DNA of 64,000 bases from Utricularia gibba (Eukaryota; Plantae; Magnoliophyta), in contig NEEC01000018.1 in NCBI GenBank assembly GCA_002189035.1, positions 1,922,001 to 1,986,000 of the forward strand, in the 5' to 3' direction. Shown in pieces: positions 31,754 to 45,897 of this stretch. The notes under the pieces are model-generated. The model saw only the letters and a program-made list of their open reading frames with translations. It did not search any database and had not been told where the DNA came from. The first letter of the stretch is position 1. Each line of letters begins with the position of its first letter. The translations under genes were made by a program, and so were the position numbers.

Positions 31754-33283
31754 TCAAGATTTTACAGGTTGATCATCATCATCCTCAATGTCCCAACTCA
31801 AATCCTCATCATCTTCATTGGAAGTCAACTGTTTCCTCAAAACAGCCATATCTGCTGTGAGCCCATGTTTGGCAACTGAGTTTTTCTTCTCCTCATCACT
31901 TGCAACATCCTCGATTTCATCCCAACTCAACTCATCCGTCTCCTCGTTTTCCTCATGACTTGAATCATCTTTTACCACACCCTTAACATCCAATGCTTCA
32001 ATATTCTCATTCTTGTGCTGTTCTTCAGATTCCATTTCTTGAACCCTTTTCTCTTCAATAACATTATCACTCTCTTCTTTCTTAACCAGGGATTCGTCTT
32101 CGATCTTGTCCTTCAAAGCAATTTTATCGCCACCACTGTTGTCTCTAGAATCAACAGCCTCATTTCTGCCTCCATGATCAAAGGTAGCGGCTATCTCACT
32201 TGAGACCACCATCTCATTCTTGTCATGATCATCTTTCAAAACAGTGGACTCTTCCTTTTCCTCACGTAACTTCTCATTCGAATGGCTTTGTCCATCAGGG
32301 AGACTCGACTTTTCATCAGCCACCCTCACCCCTATGTTTCCACCTCCAACAGTTTCATCCTCAACCCTATCTAACTTCTCGTTCGAAGCCGAGTTCTGTT
32401 TCTCAGCAAGATTCAAGCTTCCATCAGTCACACTTGAATTCCCATCCTCAGCATTTGTTTTCATCTTCACGACATCTTCCTGCTGGATCCCACGACCGTC
32501 TTCTTCATCATCAACATCCCAAGACAACTCAGCATCATCATCGTCATCTCCTGACATCGCTCGCTTCACAAGATTCGCTCGAATCTTCTCCTGTTGCTTA
32601 AGCTTATCCACCCGGTAGAAATAGCGGCACCAAAAGGTTTCCCGATCAACCACACTGGGAACGACTTTCTTATACATTCCATCAAGGGTGCCACGTTCAG
32701 CGGTAAGATAATCAATTTCATCTCTTTTCTCCTCTAGCTGAAATTTCAATCTCCAGTTCTCAAACTCCTCCAGGTCATCCGGATCTCCACAGAACGTATT
32801 CAAATCACTCTGAAGAGCACTCAACTGCGCCTCAAACCGACTATACCTACCCCAATTCATACCACTATTCGTTCCCGGAGTGTCAGATTCCCCATCGGAC
32901 CCCATTTCCCTGGAAATAATCTCAGCAGTTGATTTCAGCACGCCATCGAGCACACCATGCGCAGCTGATGCGCCAGCCTCCAGTGAAACCGGAAGATCCT
33001 TCACAGCACGACTAGCGACCACTCGAATAATCTCAGTCTCTTTTTTGAGACCCGATCGAAATTCCTCAAGATCCTTGCGGTAAGTCTCGATCACTGATTC
33101 AGATCGCGCTGCTAAATCCTTGAACATCCCCCCAAAGCTCCACGCGTTATCTGTACGATCAAGCGGAACGTTGCCATCAGTGGTTTCTGATACGAGGGGA
33201 GTCGAGTCAACGCCAGAATTGCCAGAATTCCTGGATTCCGGTGGATCGGTATCATCCGCCAAAATGGATCTGAAGAAATTCAT
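31754..33283 (-). CDS. BSD domain-containing protein, single exon, 509 aa, long acidic C-terminal tail
   Basis: Uninterrupted ORF. MNFFRSIL, YSRFEAQL, BSD core VVPSVVDRETFWCRYFYRV; three xLSWD acidic motifs. Confidence 0.9.
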   Translation of the reverse strand: MNFFRSILADDTDPPESRNSGNSGVDSTPLVSETTDGNVPLDRTDNAWSFGGMFKDLAARSESVIETYRKDLEEFRSGLKKETEIIRVVASRAVKDLPVSLEAGASAAHGVLDGVLKSTAEIISREMGSDGESDTPGTNSGMNWGRYSRFEAQLSALQSDLNTFCGDPDDLEEFENWRLKFQLEEKRDEIDYLTAERGTLDGMYKKVVPSVVDRETFWCRYFYRVDKLKQQEKIRANLVKRAMSGDDDDDAELSWDVDDEEDGRGIQQEDVVKMKTNAEDGNSSVTDGSLNLAEKQNSASNEKLDRVEDETVGGGNIGVRVADEKSSLPDGQSHSNEKLREEKEESTVLKDDHDKNEMVVSSEIAATFDHGGRNEAVDSRDNSGGDKIALKDKIEDESLVKKEESDNVIEEKRVQEMESEEQHKNENIEALDVKGVVKDDSSHEENEETDELSWDEIEDVASDEEKKNSVAKHGLTADMAVLRKQLTSNEDDEDLSWDIEDDDDQPVKS

Positions 33284-33723
33284 TGTTCACGAGCAATCTG
33301 GAAGCCACTCCGCGGCGGTCCCCTAACCCAATCGACGCCGTTTTTCCATTTTCTTTTCGTCGTTTGGGCTTGTAAAAAGCAAGGGCGCCCATTTTCCTTT
33401 ATTTTATTAAATTCCATTATTAAAATTTAATAATACGGCTTAAATGTTTTAAATGATAAAAAAAATCGGGGTATTTAGACCAGTTGTATTGACATAAATG
33501 CCCTTGACTGAACTGCAAGTCGGTTGTATTCCGGCCCTCCCTGCGCGCTTCCATTTTCTTACCCGGTATTCGATTTCTTCATCGGAAGATCCCTGTAAAT
33601 GTGTTATAGATCGTGGATGAGCTGTAGTTTGAACGGAAGACGTTTATTGGACTTCTGGATGGATGTTGCGCGTGCTCTTTGTAGATTCAAACAAGTGTTT
33701 GAGTTATAGTCTGGACCAAGAAA

Positions 33724-36700
33724 ATGGGGAGGATTCTGAGTGGGTTTATATTTCCCACGCTGCTATTGGCAGGTTCATTTCTCCTTCATTCAACAGAAAT
33801 GTAACCTTATTGGGCGTTTATAGGATTTATGATTTTAAGTGATTTTTCAAGATTTCATTTGGTGTCATGTAATCCTTTCGTTTTGGTGTCATATAAACCT
33901 TGCAAGATTTCAAGATTCTGGGTTTATGTTAATCTAATGCGTAAATTTAGGTCACGGATATGAGTGCGTATCTAATTAGACCATTTTGAATGAAAGTTCC
34001 TAAGGTGTGCTTTTTTGTTCCTTATGGATTAAAATATGGGTAAAAGGAATGCTGGTTTTACTGAATGCGTTAGTATTTTTTGTCATGGAGTACCCATTCT
34101 AAGTGACACCTCCATCGATATCGAATTTGTAACTGATTCTTACTGTTTTAATTATTTTGCAGTTGGATTACTGAATTGGAGCTTGATTTCTTTCATTAAC
34201 CTGGTGATTTGTCTTGTTTTCCGGTTTGTGTATCCTAAACGAGGTATTTTTTTTTTACACAAAACAAGTCTGGACCCAGATTATAGAGCTTCACATCTTT
34301 TCTTTCTCTCTCAATATGCCTCTCTATTTTCACAGTTTATTCTATCTTACTCTTTTATTTCTACGTAGGATTTCAATTCAGGGGAAGAAGCCTATTTTTC
34401 TGGTCTGTCTTCACCTTCTCTGTTTTGGTCATCATTTTGCAATTGGTTTTTCTTGCTCTATGTACCTTTTATTCGAGATGGGGCATACAAGAGGCGTATT
34501 GGATAAAGCTTATTGGACTTATGAGGTTTAAATTTGAATTGATTGTACTTCCTTATTTTCGTGTTACTATATTATTGCCTCTAAACGTGGCATGCCTTTC
34601 AGGATCTCCAGGAGATCGCCCACGGCAATTTATTTTCTGGTCTTGGAAATCTTAGTGGGAGCTTTGGCGTTCATTGAGATGAATAGAACCAGATTCAGCT
34701 TCCTGGAATGTGAAAACTCATGTTGGACCTCTTTTCCATCAGTTGTTGAACATATAGGTTTGACAGTCCCACTGATTATGTTTCTAATATTAGTTGATTA
34801 AAAGTGACTTTTCCTCAGTCCTTTCTTGCCTAATCTAAATTACTCTATTCAAATAGTTGGAAGTGGAAATGCCTTATAGATTGTTCATTGAAGAACATTC
34901 TCCAGGCTGTTGTGTTCTTAGTTGTGCTCAAAGTCCTTTTATTGGTAAAATGTGAAGCTGAAAACCATCTTGGATAATGTATGTTGACTGTTTTTCTCTT
35001 TTACTTTCCATCCAAATGGAAGGTTATCGTCTTAGGTTAGCTTCGTGCTTATTGCTGCCTGCTGTGCAGCTGGCATCAGGCATCAGCAATCCTTCTTGGC
35101 TGTCTCTACCGTTCTTTATTTGCAGCTCCATTGGTCTTGTCGATTGGTCTTTAACTAGCAACTTTTTAGGCCTTTTCAGGTAGCTTTTTTTTTTTTTTTA
35201 TTGAAACATGTTTTTGTTAGGAGTGGGTTGTGAAGGTATCACGTGTGCACTTGAACAAGATGGTGCTATGTAGTGTATGGTAATCATAGTGATCCTGGCC
35301 TTGATGAATTAATAATATTGGTACGGTATTTCATGGATCTAGGTAAGACCATTGGTCTTGTACGTTTTCCTTCGCCCACACTGTATGCAGGTGTTATGGA
35401 AATGTGAAAATGATAGATTACTTTCATTTGTAGCGAAAAAACTATATTTTTTCTTGTTATGGTATTCATCATTATTTGTTTGATAATGTGTAGTTCAGGG
35501 GTTTTTGTTACTGGACTTTCTGGCAGTTGTGTAGTGAACCCAGTTGAAGTGAGTGCAGATAAATAATGGTTAGACCAAAAGCCTTTACCTGGCATTGTGA
35601 AACAGATTATATTGGAAAACAAAGGGTTATGAGTGGTTTATCTGTTGAGACATGTATTTGTTTGAGCGTTTTATTTCCTCTCTACTTCTTTTTGCTACAT
35701 TGCTATTCAAGTTAATAGCCCTTTAAATGGCTTGAAGGTGGTGGAGACTGCTGTGGGTATACTCTATCATCCACATTTGCATACTGTACATGTATCAGCT
35801 GCCCATTCAGTTACCTCATTCTCTTGGTTTCATTGCTGAATCAGTTGGTCTCTACAAACTATCAATGGTCTCTGACTTTCAGGAAATCTGTTCCAGCATA
35901 TTCATTTTGGCTTTCTACTTAATGGTATGCAGTCAGTTTATTGTTTCTTTTCTGCCTCAGTTTTTCCAATTTTCATTAGCATTTGTCTACACATTGGATG
36001 GTTTTCATTTGTAAGTCGATGAGTTTTTTGTGATTGACAGGTGAACTAATTTGTCTTATGATGTGTGTGCAGCTCTCCTCTGCAAGGCATGATTTAGAGG
36101 ACATGGAATTTGTAATGTCCATGACAGAAAGTGGCTTGACTGACCAACTCTTACCCTCCCGATCTTCATTTTTTGTTCGTCAACTGAGGTAAGCACCCGA
36201 TGGTTTCTAATCTGCACTTTCATCTTACGTGATGCATGGCTGAACGCTGAATCATAGATAGAAAACTAAGTGATTGTGGAATAATTTGGTATGATTTTTC
36301 GTTTCACAAAGATATATTTCTTTTCTTTTTTGTGCTAGTAGTATTTTGTCTTCATTGATTTTGATATGCATACTTTTACAAATTTACTGAATATAGTATT
36401 TGATTTCCAGTTCAGGTGTAAGGCATACCAATATTCTATTAAGGGGAACTGTTTTCAGATTCTTTAGCATCAATTGGTTCACATATGGTTTCCCGGTATG
36501 TAGTTCTGTTGATGCTTTCGTCACTTATTGTGTAACCAAAACGTTGTTTATTGAGAGTCTATGTAGTACACTGCTGCATTATATTCAGTGTTATCATGGA
36601 TCGTAAGTTGAGTCTCCCATGCAACTATGACAGATATCTTTGTTCGCCCTCTTATACTGGAGCTTCCATTTTGCAAGCATTTGTGCCTTTGGATTACTCA

Positions 36701-39700
36701 TGTACGTTGGGTACATTTTGTATACATTTCCATCATTCTTCCGGCTGCACAGGTTGAATGGGTTGCTTCTTGCTTTCATTCTTTTATGGGCTGCGAGCAC
36801 ATATGTTTTTAATGTGGTTTTTGCATATGTGAACTGGAAAGCTGGAAAGGTACTTTCTCATTTTTCCCTAGTATTACGTTAGGCTATCAATGTTAGAGTT
36901 ACTAATGCATTCTGTCTTACTCAGGATATGGAGATATGGGAGATGATTGGTTTGTGGCGTTATCCTATCCCTGCTTTTTTTCTATTAGCTCAGTTCTGCC
37001 TTGGAATTCTGGTGGCTCTCGGGAATCTTGTCAACAATTCTGTATTTTTCTGTTTATCAAGTGAGGGGATCGAGTTCTCTAATGAGACTGAGGAAGGTTC
37101 GGATACTGCAAAAAGACATCAGAATCATATTTATATTTTAGTGATATGGTTTATCCTTTTTATTAACCTGAAGATGCTTCTTTCTACTCATAAACAAAAC
37201 TACTGCAGCACGTGCTTTCTATATTTATTATACTTCATCCCAGTGTCCAACTCTTCTGTTCACTGTTTTTGAATTGTGACAGTAAAAGAAGACACCAAAG
37301 TCTTGATTATTGCTACTGTTGCTTGGGGACTGCGCAAATGCTCTCGACCTATCATACTGCTGCTGATTTTCCTGATTGCTATGAAGCCTGGCATAATTCA
37401 TGCCCTTTACAGTATGTCAATATTATTTTTTTCAGATATGCATTCCGTTTTATTTTTCTTAAATTCATTGTTCTAGGATACTAGTAAGCTGCCCATGCAG
37501 TGGATCCTTTTTACTCGTCTGATGTTTGTAAACTCTCCTATGTTCCAGTGATATTCTTCTTTTCGTACCTCTTGATCAACAACGTTGATAAAAGGATGGG
37601 CCAAGCTCTTATTCTTCTCTGTGAGGCCCATTTTGCAGTTTTATACATTATTCAGCTAAATCTTGTCTCCAAGTTATTGGAGAGACAGGGTTCTATAAGT
37701 TCAGTGATACTGCAACACTTAGGTTTGTGCGCATTTGGTCTCTGCATACTTGGCATACTCATCATTCATTTTTTTGTTACTCTTATCTTTAATTGCCTGT
37801 GAGTTTACTGTAGGTCTCCTTGGAGGTGAAAGATCTTGGGAGTTCATGCAGATTACCCTACTTGCATGTTTCTGTGCCATTAACAATCGTGGCTTTGAGT
37901 TGTTGTTTTCGTTTTCTGCCATTGTTCAGAAAATGCCATCTCGTCCATTTGGATTTAGCATTTTGAAGGCTGGTTTGAATAAGTCAGTTCTCTTGTCGGT
38001 TTATTCCACTTCGAGCATGAGAGACCACTCTGAAAATCACTCCCATGGTATTAGGTCCTTTTCTAGGATGCGTTGTTTTCTTCATTTTAATTTCTTTAAC
38101 TTAACTTTGTTCTTTTACTAATTTTTCTTTCTATCATTCGTTGTGTATGAACTTTCTAATGATTGCCTGTGTTCCAGAACGCAGGATTGCTTTGTATCTG
38201 AGTGCTATTGGGAAGAAGTTCTTGTTGATGTATAGATCATTTGGAACCTATATTGCTTTTGTGACTGTTCTCCTTGCTTTGTACTTTGAAAGACCGAATT
38301 ACATATCTTTTGGTTACCTATTCCTACTCCTCTTTTGGATCATTGGAAGGCAGCTTGTTGAGAAGACAAAAAGGCGTCTATGGTTTCCTTTAAAAGCATA
38401 TGCGGTTGCCATTTTTGTTTTTATTTATGCATTGAGCATTTTGCCTTCTTTCAAGAGTTGGATGTCCAGCAAGATAAATCTGGAGGTTTACTGTGGCTAT
38501 AACCCTGATGCTTCTCTTCTGGAAAACCTTTGGGAGTCTCTTGCAATTGTTATTGTGATGCAACTTTATAGTTATGAGAGAAGACAAAGTGAATTCATGA
38601 AATCAGAAGTAGTTGCAGAATTGCAGTTGGGTATATTTGGGTTCATTAAGCGAGTTCTTATCTGGCACAGTCAAAAGATTCTGTTGGCTATGTTGTTTTA
38701 CGCCTCACTGTCCCCTATTAGTCTTTTTGGATTTTTATATCTTATTGGTCTAATTTGTTCTTGCCCATTGCATAAAACGTCCAGATTGCCGTCCAAATTG
38801 TTCCTAATGTACACGGGTCTGTTGGTTCTGGCAGAATATCTATTTCAGATGTGGGGTGGCCTTGCTGAAATGTTCCCTGGTCAAAAGCATCAGGATTTGT
38901 CTATTTTTCTGGGTTTCCAGTTATATAAACATGGTTTCAAGGGTATTGAAGCTGGACTGAGGCCAAGAGTGCTGGTGATTGCTTCATGTGCTCTTCAATA
39001 CAATGTTTTTGTTTGGACAGAGGCCACACAAAAATCTCTTCTACATGCAGGGAGATCAGAGGAGCCATGTCCTTTGTTCCTTTCAGAAGAAGATATTTCC
39101 ATAGCTATACCTAGTCCCCAAAGTGAAAACCAGGCACTATCAGATTCTTCTCAACTGCTTCCCTCTGAGTTTAGTGAGGATGCATGGCCATCTTTCATCC
39201 CTGATGATACTCGAATTTCTGAATCTTCCTCATCCAGAAAATATTCATCTGGTTTTTTATGGGGAAGCTTGAAGGAAAGTAACAAGTGGAACAAGAAAAC
39301 AATTTCTTTCCTGAGACAGGAGAGATATGCAGTGCAGATAAAAACCCTGAAGGTTTATTTGAAGTTCTGGGTTGAAAATATGTTCAAACTGTTCGGCCTT
39401 GAGATCAATATGCTTGCATTACTGTTTGCTAGTTTTGCTCTGTTAAATGTTGTCTCCATGTTCTACATAATATGTCTTGCTCTATGTATCCTGCTTGGGC
39501 GTCCTATCATCCGTAAACTGTGGCCAGCATTCGCTGTGTTGTTTGCTTTAATTCTTCTTCTTGAGTATGTTGCAATGTGGAAGAACATGACCACTAGAAT
39601 TTCACCAGACGCCAATGTGCATTGCCATGATTGCTGGAAGAATTCAAAAGCGTTTCTCCAATTTTGTGAGAAGTGTTGGTTCGGTAAGCTCTCTCTTCCT

Positions 39701-42700
39701 TTTTTGCAACTTTTCCTGAATGGCGTTGCCATGTTTCTTGGTCAAGCTAGTTTTCTTGTTCTGTACTCTGATTTATTTTCTTTCCCTTTTGTTGTTTGAT
39801 ATTCTCTGGCAGGAATCGTGGTTGATGACCCTTTCGTCCTTACCAGTTATTTTTTTGTGTTCATACTTGCATGTTACAAACTCCGTGCAGACAGTACACC
39901 AGGTTTTTCATGGTCAAGTACTTACCGTGTGATGCTTTCCCAGCGTAAGATTGCTTCTGTTTGGCGTGACCTCTCATTTGAAACCAAGGGCATGTGGACT
40001 TTCCTAGACTACTTGAGGGTTTACTGCTATTGCCATCTTCTAGACGTTGTACTTACTCTTGTGCTGATCACGGGAACATTTGAATATGACATTTTGCACC
40101 TCGGATACCTTGTTTTTGCCCTTTTTTTCTTCCGCTCAAGGTTTTCCATTCTGAAGAAGAAAAATAAGGTCTTCAAGTATCTGCGTATTTACAACTTCGC
40201 TGTCATTGTTCTCTCTCTGGCTTATCAGTCACCTTTTATTGGTGATTTCAGCGATGGAAAGTGTGATACAATTGATTATATCTATGAGGTGATTGGGTTC
40301 TATAAATATGGTTACGGATTTCAGGTCACTTCAAGATCTGCGTTAGTAGAGATCATTATTTTTGTTCTGGTATCGTGCCAGTCCTACATGTTTGCTTCCT
40401 CAGAATTTGATTATGTATTTCGATATCTTGAGGCAGAGCAAATTGGTGCAATTGTGAGGGAACAAGAAAAGAAAGCTTTATGGAAAACCGAACAGTTGCA
40501 GCGTGTTCGTGAATCCGAGGAGAGAAAAAAACAGCGCAACTTGCAAGTGGAGAAGATGAAGTCTGAGATGCTTAACCTGCAAAGCCAGCTCCAAGGTACG
40601 AGTTCATCTGCTGCTGGTGACAATACTCCACCTGCCAAGGAAAAAGGCTTGAGAAGGAGAAAACATGCTTCATTCGATGTGCAGGAGACAGAGAATGCTG
40701 AGAAACGTGATAGCATTTTGAATCCTGATTCAATGCCTCCTTTAATTTGTGAGTCACCCAGAAGCTTTAGGGGTGAAAGCCCGTTTGAGTTGGAATTCGT
40801 GAAGCAGCATACGGAGAATTCGGTCAGCGAGATAACTGAAATCTGGGAGGATGCTAGTGATGTTGATTTTCATGAATCATGTAAGGTTAAAAGAGATACA
40901 AGCCAATCAATGGAAAACCCCCTTGCGTCTGCTGTTCAGTTGATTGGTGATGGTGTTTCACAAGTGCAGTCAATTGGAAATCAAGCTGTTAGCAATCTTG
41001 TTAGCTTTCTCAACATTATACCTGAAGACTTAGATCCTAGCAATCCATTGTCCACAGTAGATGAGCTCTCTATTGATGGAAAAACTCTTGATATTGGACA
41101 TTCAGAAGTGAGTGCTTCTTCTTTGCAGTATTCAGAATCAACCAGCCTACAGATTGGATGGATTATTCGGCATATCTGGTCACAAATGAGATCCAACAAT
41201 GATGTTGTATGCTACTGCTGTTTTGTTCTTGTTTTTCTTTGGAACTTCAGCTTGCTTTCCATGGTGTATTTGTTCAGCCTTTTCATGTATGCTCTGTGTG
41301 TGAATACTGGCCCTAGTTATATCTTCTGGGTGATAATGCTGATCTACACTGAGATATATGTCTTGCTACAGTATCTGTACCAGATAACAATCCAGCATTG
41401 TGGTTTCACTATCCAATCCGACCTTTTATGCAAGTTAGGATTCCCTACAGATAGGATAAAATCTTCATTTGTGATATGTTTGTTGCCTCTGTTCTTGGTG
41501 TATTTATTCACCCTAATACAGAGTTCTATCACTGCAAAAGATAGCGAATGGTTTTCCATAGGATTTGGTAATAGCAAAGCGGGAATAGTGAACAGGCAAA
41601 ATTTTTACTCGGACCCCAAGAGAGATAAAGCAAAGAAGGTCTTTCAATTAGCTGAGCATGCTATCAAAATGGTGATCTCGAGCTGCTCCAGATATTGGAA
41701 ATCGTTGACACAAGAAGCAGAATCACCCCCATACTTTGTTCAACTCTCAATGGATGTTGAAGTGTGGCCTGAGGATGGGATACAACCAGAGAGGATTGAG
41801 TCTGGAATCAATGAGCTACTGAAGCTGTTACATGAAGAAAGCTGCAAGAATGAAAATCCTAATCCGTGCCCTTGTGCCAGCAAGGTCCAAATCAGAAGCA
41901 TTGATAAAAGTGCCCAAAATCCCTGTGTTGCTCTAGCTGTCTTTGAAGTTGTCTACGTCTCCTCGTTGACAGAATGCATACCAGCAGAACAACTCAAATC
42001 ACTCACTCCAGCTTCTGATGTAGCCAAAGAAATTATTAGAGCAAAAAGCCTGGGGTTCACAAAGGAAATTAGGTTCCCTTACACAATACTGTCAGTGATT
42101 GGTGGTGGGAAAAGAGAAGTTGATCTTTATGCATATATATTTGGTGCAGATTTGAGTGTCTTCTTCCTGGTTTCCATTTTTTACCAATCCGTTATAAAGA
42201 ATAAAAGTGAATTTCTTGAGTACTATCAGCTTGAGGACCAGTTCCCGAAAGAATACGTATTTATTCTGATGGTAAGTGTATTTTATGGGAAGATGCGTGC
42301 GGCTTTACAATCTGATTATCATTGAAGTGATACAGATCAAAGTATAAAATTGTACTGCATAATATGAATCAATCAATCAAGTAAAGGTCTGCTTTTCGTT
42401 TGCAGGTGATATTTTTCTTAATTGTTCTTGATCGCATCATATACCTATGCTCTTTTGCCACGGGGAAGGTCATATTCTTCGTTTTTAACTTTATTCTTTT
42501 CACTTCTGCTGTCACGGAGTATGCTTGGAATATGGAGACTTCGCAGCAGAGTGCTGCTGGATTGGCTCTTCGAGCAATATATCTTACTAAAGCAGTTTCT
42601 TTTGCATTACAAGCCATTCAAATTCGATATGGTGTTCCCCATCAGAGCACACTGTATCGCCAGTTTCTTACTAGTGAGGTCTCTCATGTCAACTATCTTG

Positions 42701-44487
42701 GATACAGGCTCTACCGGGCTTTACCTTTCCTGTATGAATTACGATGTGTTCTTGATTGGTCTTGCACAACCACATCATTGACAATGTATGACTGGCTCAA
42801 GGTGAGTATTAGGTTCAAAAGAAAGCACGTATATTGCAGGGCTGCAAGTGCGAAATTGCATATTTTAAGGCTATGTTTTTATTTTTTCTTTTGTTATCAG
42901 CTTGAGGATATAAACGCAAGTTTGTACCTCGTCAAGTGCGACAATGATTTGAACAGAGCTAAGCATAAGCATGGAGAAAAGCAGACAAAGATGACCAAGT
43001 TTTGCAATGGAATATGCCTTTTCTTCATTTTGATTTGTGTTATATGGGCTCCAATGCTGGTAAGAAAATTTGGACATCGGTTCTGTGTAAAGCCCTGTCA
43101 TCTTGCTAGAAAAAATATGAATCAATCAATTTTTTTTTACTAGTTGCAGATGTTCTTATGCAATATGGGAAAAACAACCAAGCTTCGGCACTATTGACTT
43201 TTGATTTACCTTTCATAACCTTAGTGTTAGCTTTTCTGTTATCTTGGTTGTGAACTGTCAGATCCACTGTACTTGATGAAATTCTATTCTGCTTAGGTAA
43301 ATTCCTCTAACACCATTGATTCTTTTTTTATAGATGTACAGCAGTGGCAACCCAACAAATATAGCGAATCCAATCAATGATGCCAGTTTCCAACTTGACA
43401 TCAAGACAAGGGGTGGCAGATTAACCTTGTACCAGACAACTCTGTGCGAAAGAATTTCCTGGGATAGTCTTAGTTCAAATTCTGATCTTGATCCCCAAAA
43501 TTATTTGGATTCATATAACGTGAATGACATCCAACTCCTTTGTTGCCAATCTGATGCAAGTACCCTGTGGCTTGTCCCCGGTGTTGTTCAGCAGCAGTTT
43601 ATTCGTTCTCTTAACAGTGGTAGCTTAGACATGGTGTTTTCTTGGTTGCTTACAAGAGACAGGCCAAAAGGCAAAGAGAGTGTGAAATATGAAGGAAGCG
43701 TAGATCCATCAAACCTTCCAGATTCATCAGAAGTTGAAAGGGTTTTAAATGGTTCATTGAATAGTTTTAGAATTAGAAGCATTTACCCAAGATTTTTCCG
43801 TGTTACTGGTTCTGGAGAAGTTAGACCTTTTGAACCAGAGGTAATGTCCAATGAAGCAAAGAATACCTTGTGAATGCCATCTTGAGACAACTTGCGGATT
43901 AAAACTTGCTCCTGGGAAACGTGCAGGTCAATGATGTCACCGCTGAGCTTGTGCTACATCGTGGATCATCCCAATGGTGGTCATTCCATGATGTGAATTT
44001 CCTGGATGCCTATGGCTGTGGAGAGCTATCAGGGCCCATGGCGGTTGTCGTATCAGAGGAAACCCCACGTAAGTGCTTGGTTTTCTTGGTGTCCCTCTGC
44101 TTCCTCTAACTGATCCATGAAACTGCAACAGAGGGATTCCTGGGTGAGACTCTTAGCAAATTCAGCATCTGGGGGCTGTACATCACGTTCGTTCTGGCAG
44201 TTGGCCGCTTCATCAGAATGCAGTGCTCCGACTTGCGGATGCGAATACCCTACGAGAATCTTCCCTCTTGCGACAGGTAACAAACATAACAAATCTCTGC
44301 CTCTGTAGCTGCCAGCCACCCTGATTGCATCTACTTGCTGCCCATCAGGTTAATAGGCATCTGTGAGGATATCTATGCAGCAAGAGCAGAAGGTGAGCTA
44401 GGAGTTGAGGAGGTTCTGTACTGGAGTCTTGTTAAGATCTACAGATCCCCTCATTTCTTGCTCGAGTACACCAAGCTGCCTGATTAG
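33724..44487 (+). CDS. PIEZO1: Piezo-type mechanosensitive ion channel homologue, full length, multi-exon
   Basis: MGRILSGFIFPTLLLA|VGLLNWSLISF start; ASCLLLPAVQL, GVRHTNILLRG, RRLWFPLKAYA, RALPFLYELRCVLDWSCTTTSLTMYDWLK|LEDI, YSSGNPTNIANPI, SIWGLYITFVLAVGRFIR, EDIYAARAEGELGVEEVLYW; stop at 44487. Confidence 0.95.
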
Positions 44488-44958
44488 ATGCTGACCCAAC
44501 ACACCTGCACATACCTCAATGTCTCATCTGCCTCCATATGTGTATACCAAGTAACACACACTACTCGTATACGAAAACCCTCTGGGAATTTTGACGTATT
44601 CTAGGGACTGTACAGTTAAATTTATTTCTTTTAACTGAGCTTTTTTTGGGTTTTCTGCCGGAGAATGGAATTGAACATGCAGAAAACTGTGTTGTAATGT
44701 GTGGTAAAATCCGAATGTTGGCTGAGTAATGGGTTCTGGGCGCCTGAAGAATCACTATGGACTTCAACATTGATCCCGTTAAAGTGATCGGTTTCCGAGA
44801 GAAGATTCCCGGGTGTTATCAACATAGAGGAAACGATGAATCATCGTTTTGTGTTTTTTTGGGCCGGACGGGTCAGCCCGAAATGACGCCAGGCCCAAAA
44901 GTGTTGAAAATTTAAAACCTTTGAGATTCCGCTTTCGCTCGCGTGAACTCCCGCCCGG

Positions 44959-45025
44959 CCACGCTGGCGATCCGGGACGCTTCTACTTCAGCCAATCACA
45001 GTTGAATGCTGAAACCCTATATAAC
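44959..45025 (+). promoter_or_regulatory. Histone-gene promoter: degenerate type-I element, CCAAT box and TATA box
   Basis: CCACGCTGGCGATCCGGG (44959-44976) matches 13 of the 17 defined positions of the plant histone type-I element CCACGTCANCGATCCGCG; CCAAT at 44992-44996; TATATAA at 45019-45025. Confidence 0.55.
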
Positions 45026-45113
45026 TTCTCCGAGTCTCCTACAACTCGTTCTACACCAAGATCTCGTCCCTCTTCCCATTCTCCTGAATTATCTTGCCGA
45101 TCGCCATCCCTGA

Positions 45114-45636
<523 letters not shown>

Positions 45637-45897
45637 ATACACGATCTACTTCACTTGCTTCGTTTTAAATGGCTTATTGGAACTACTGATTGTTATGTAG
45701 TACTGCGATTTTGGATTTTGATTGGCAGCGAAATTCCATGTTCAATAGCATATTGAGTCAGGAATTGCAGACAACTGAATAATGGCATCCTTCCCAGTCA
45801 GTTTGCTGTCTCTTTTAAGGCTGTATAAGTTGAGATGTAGCTCTTCTGCGTCCTTCACATCTTACATGTGGATTCAGATAGCACGGTTTCAAACACA

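Noticed and set aside
33618-33710. 30-codon ORF just upstream of the PIEZO ATG, as a possible uORF
   Set aside because: It falls within a probable leader intron (GT at 33596, AG near 33708), so it is likely absent from the mature mRNA.
44831-44849. Perfect palindrome AAACGATGA-A-TCATCGTTT
   Set aside because: Nine bp with a 1-nt loop is isolated and expected occasionally by chance in 64 kb.
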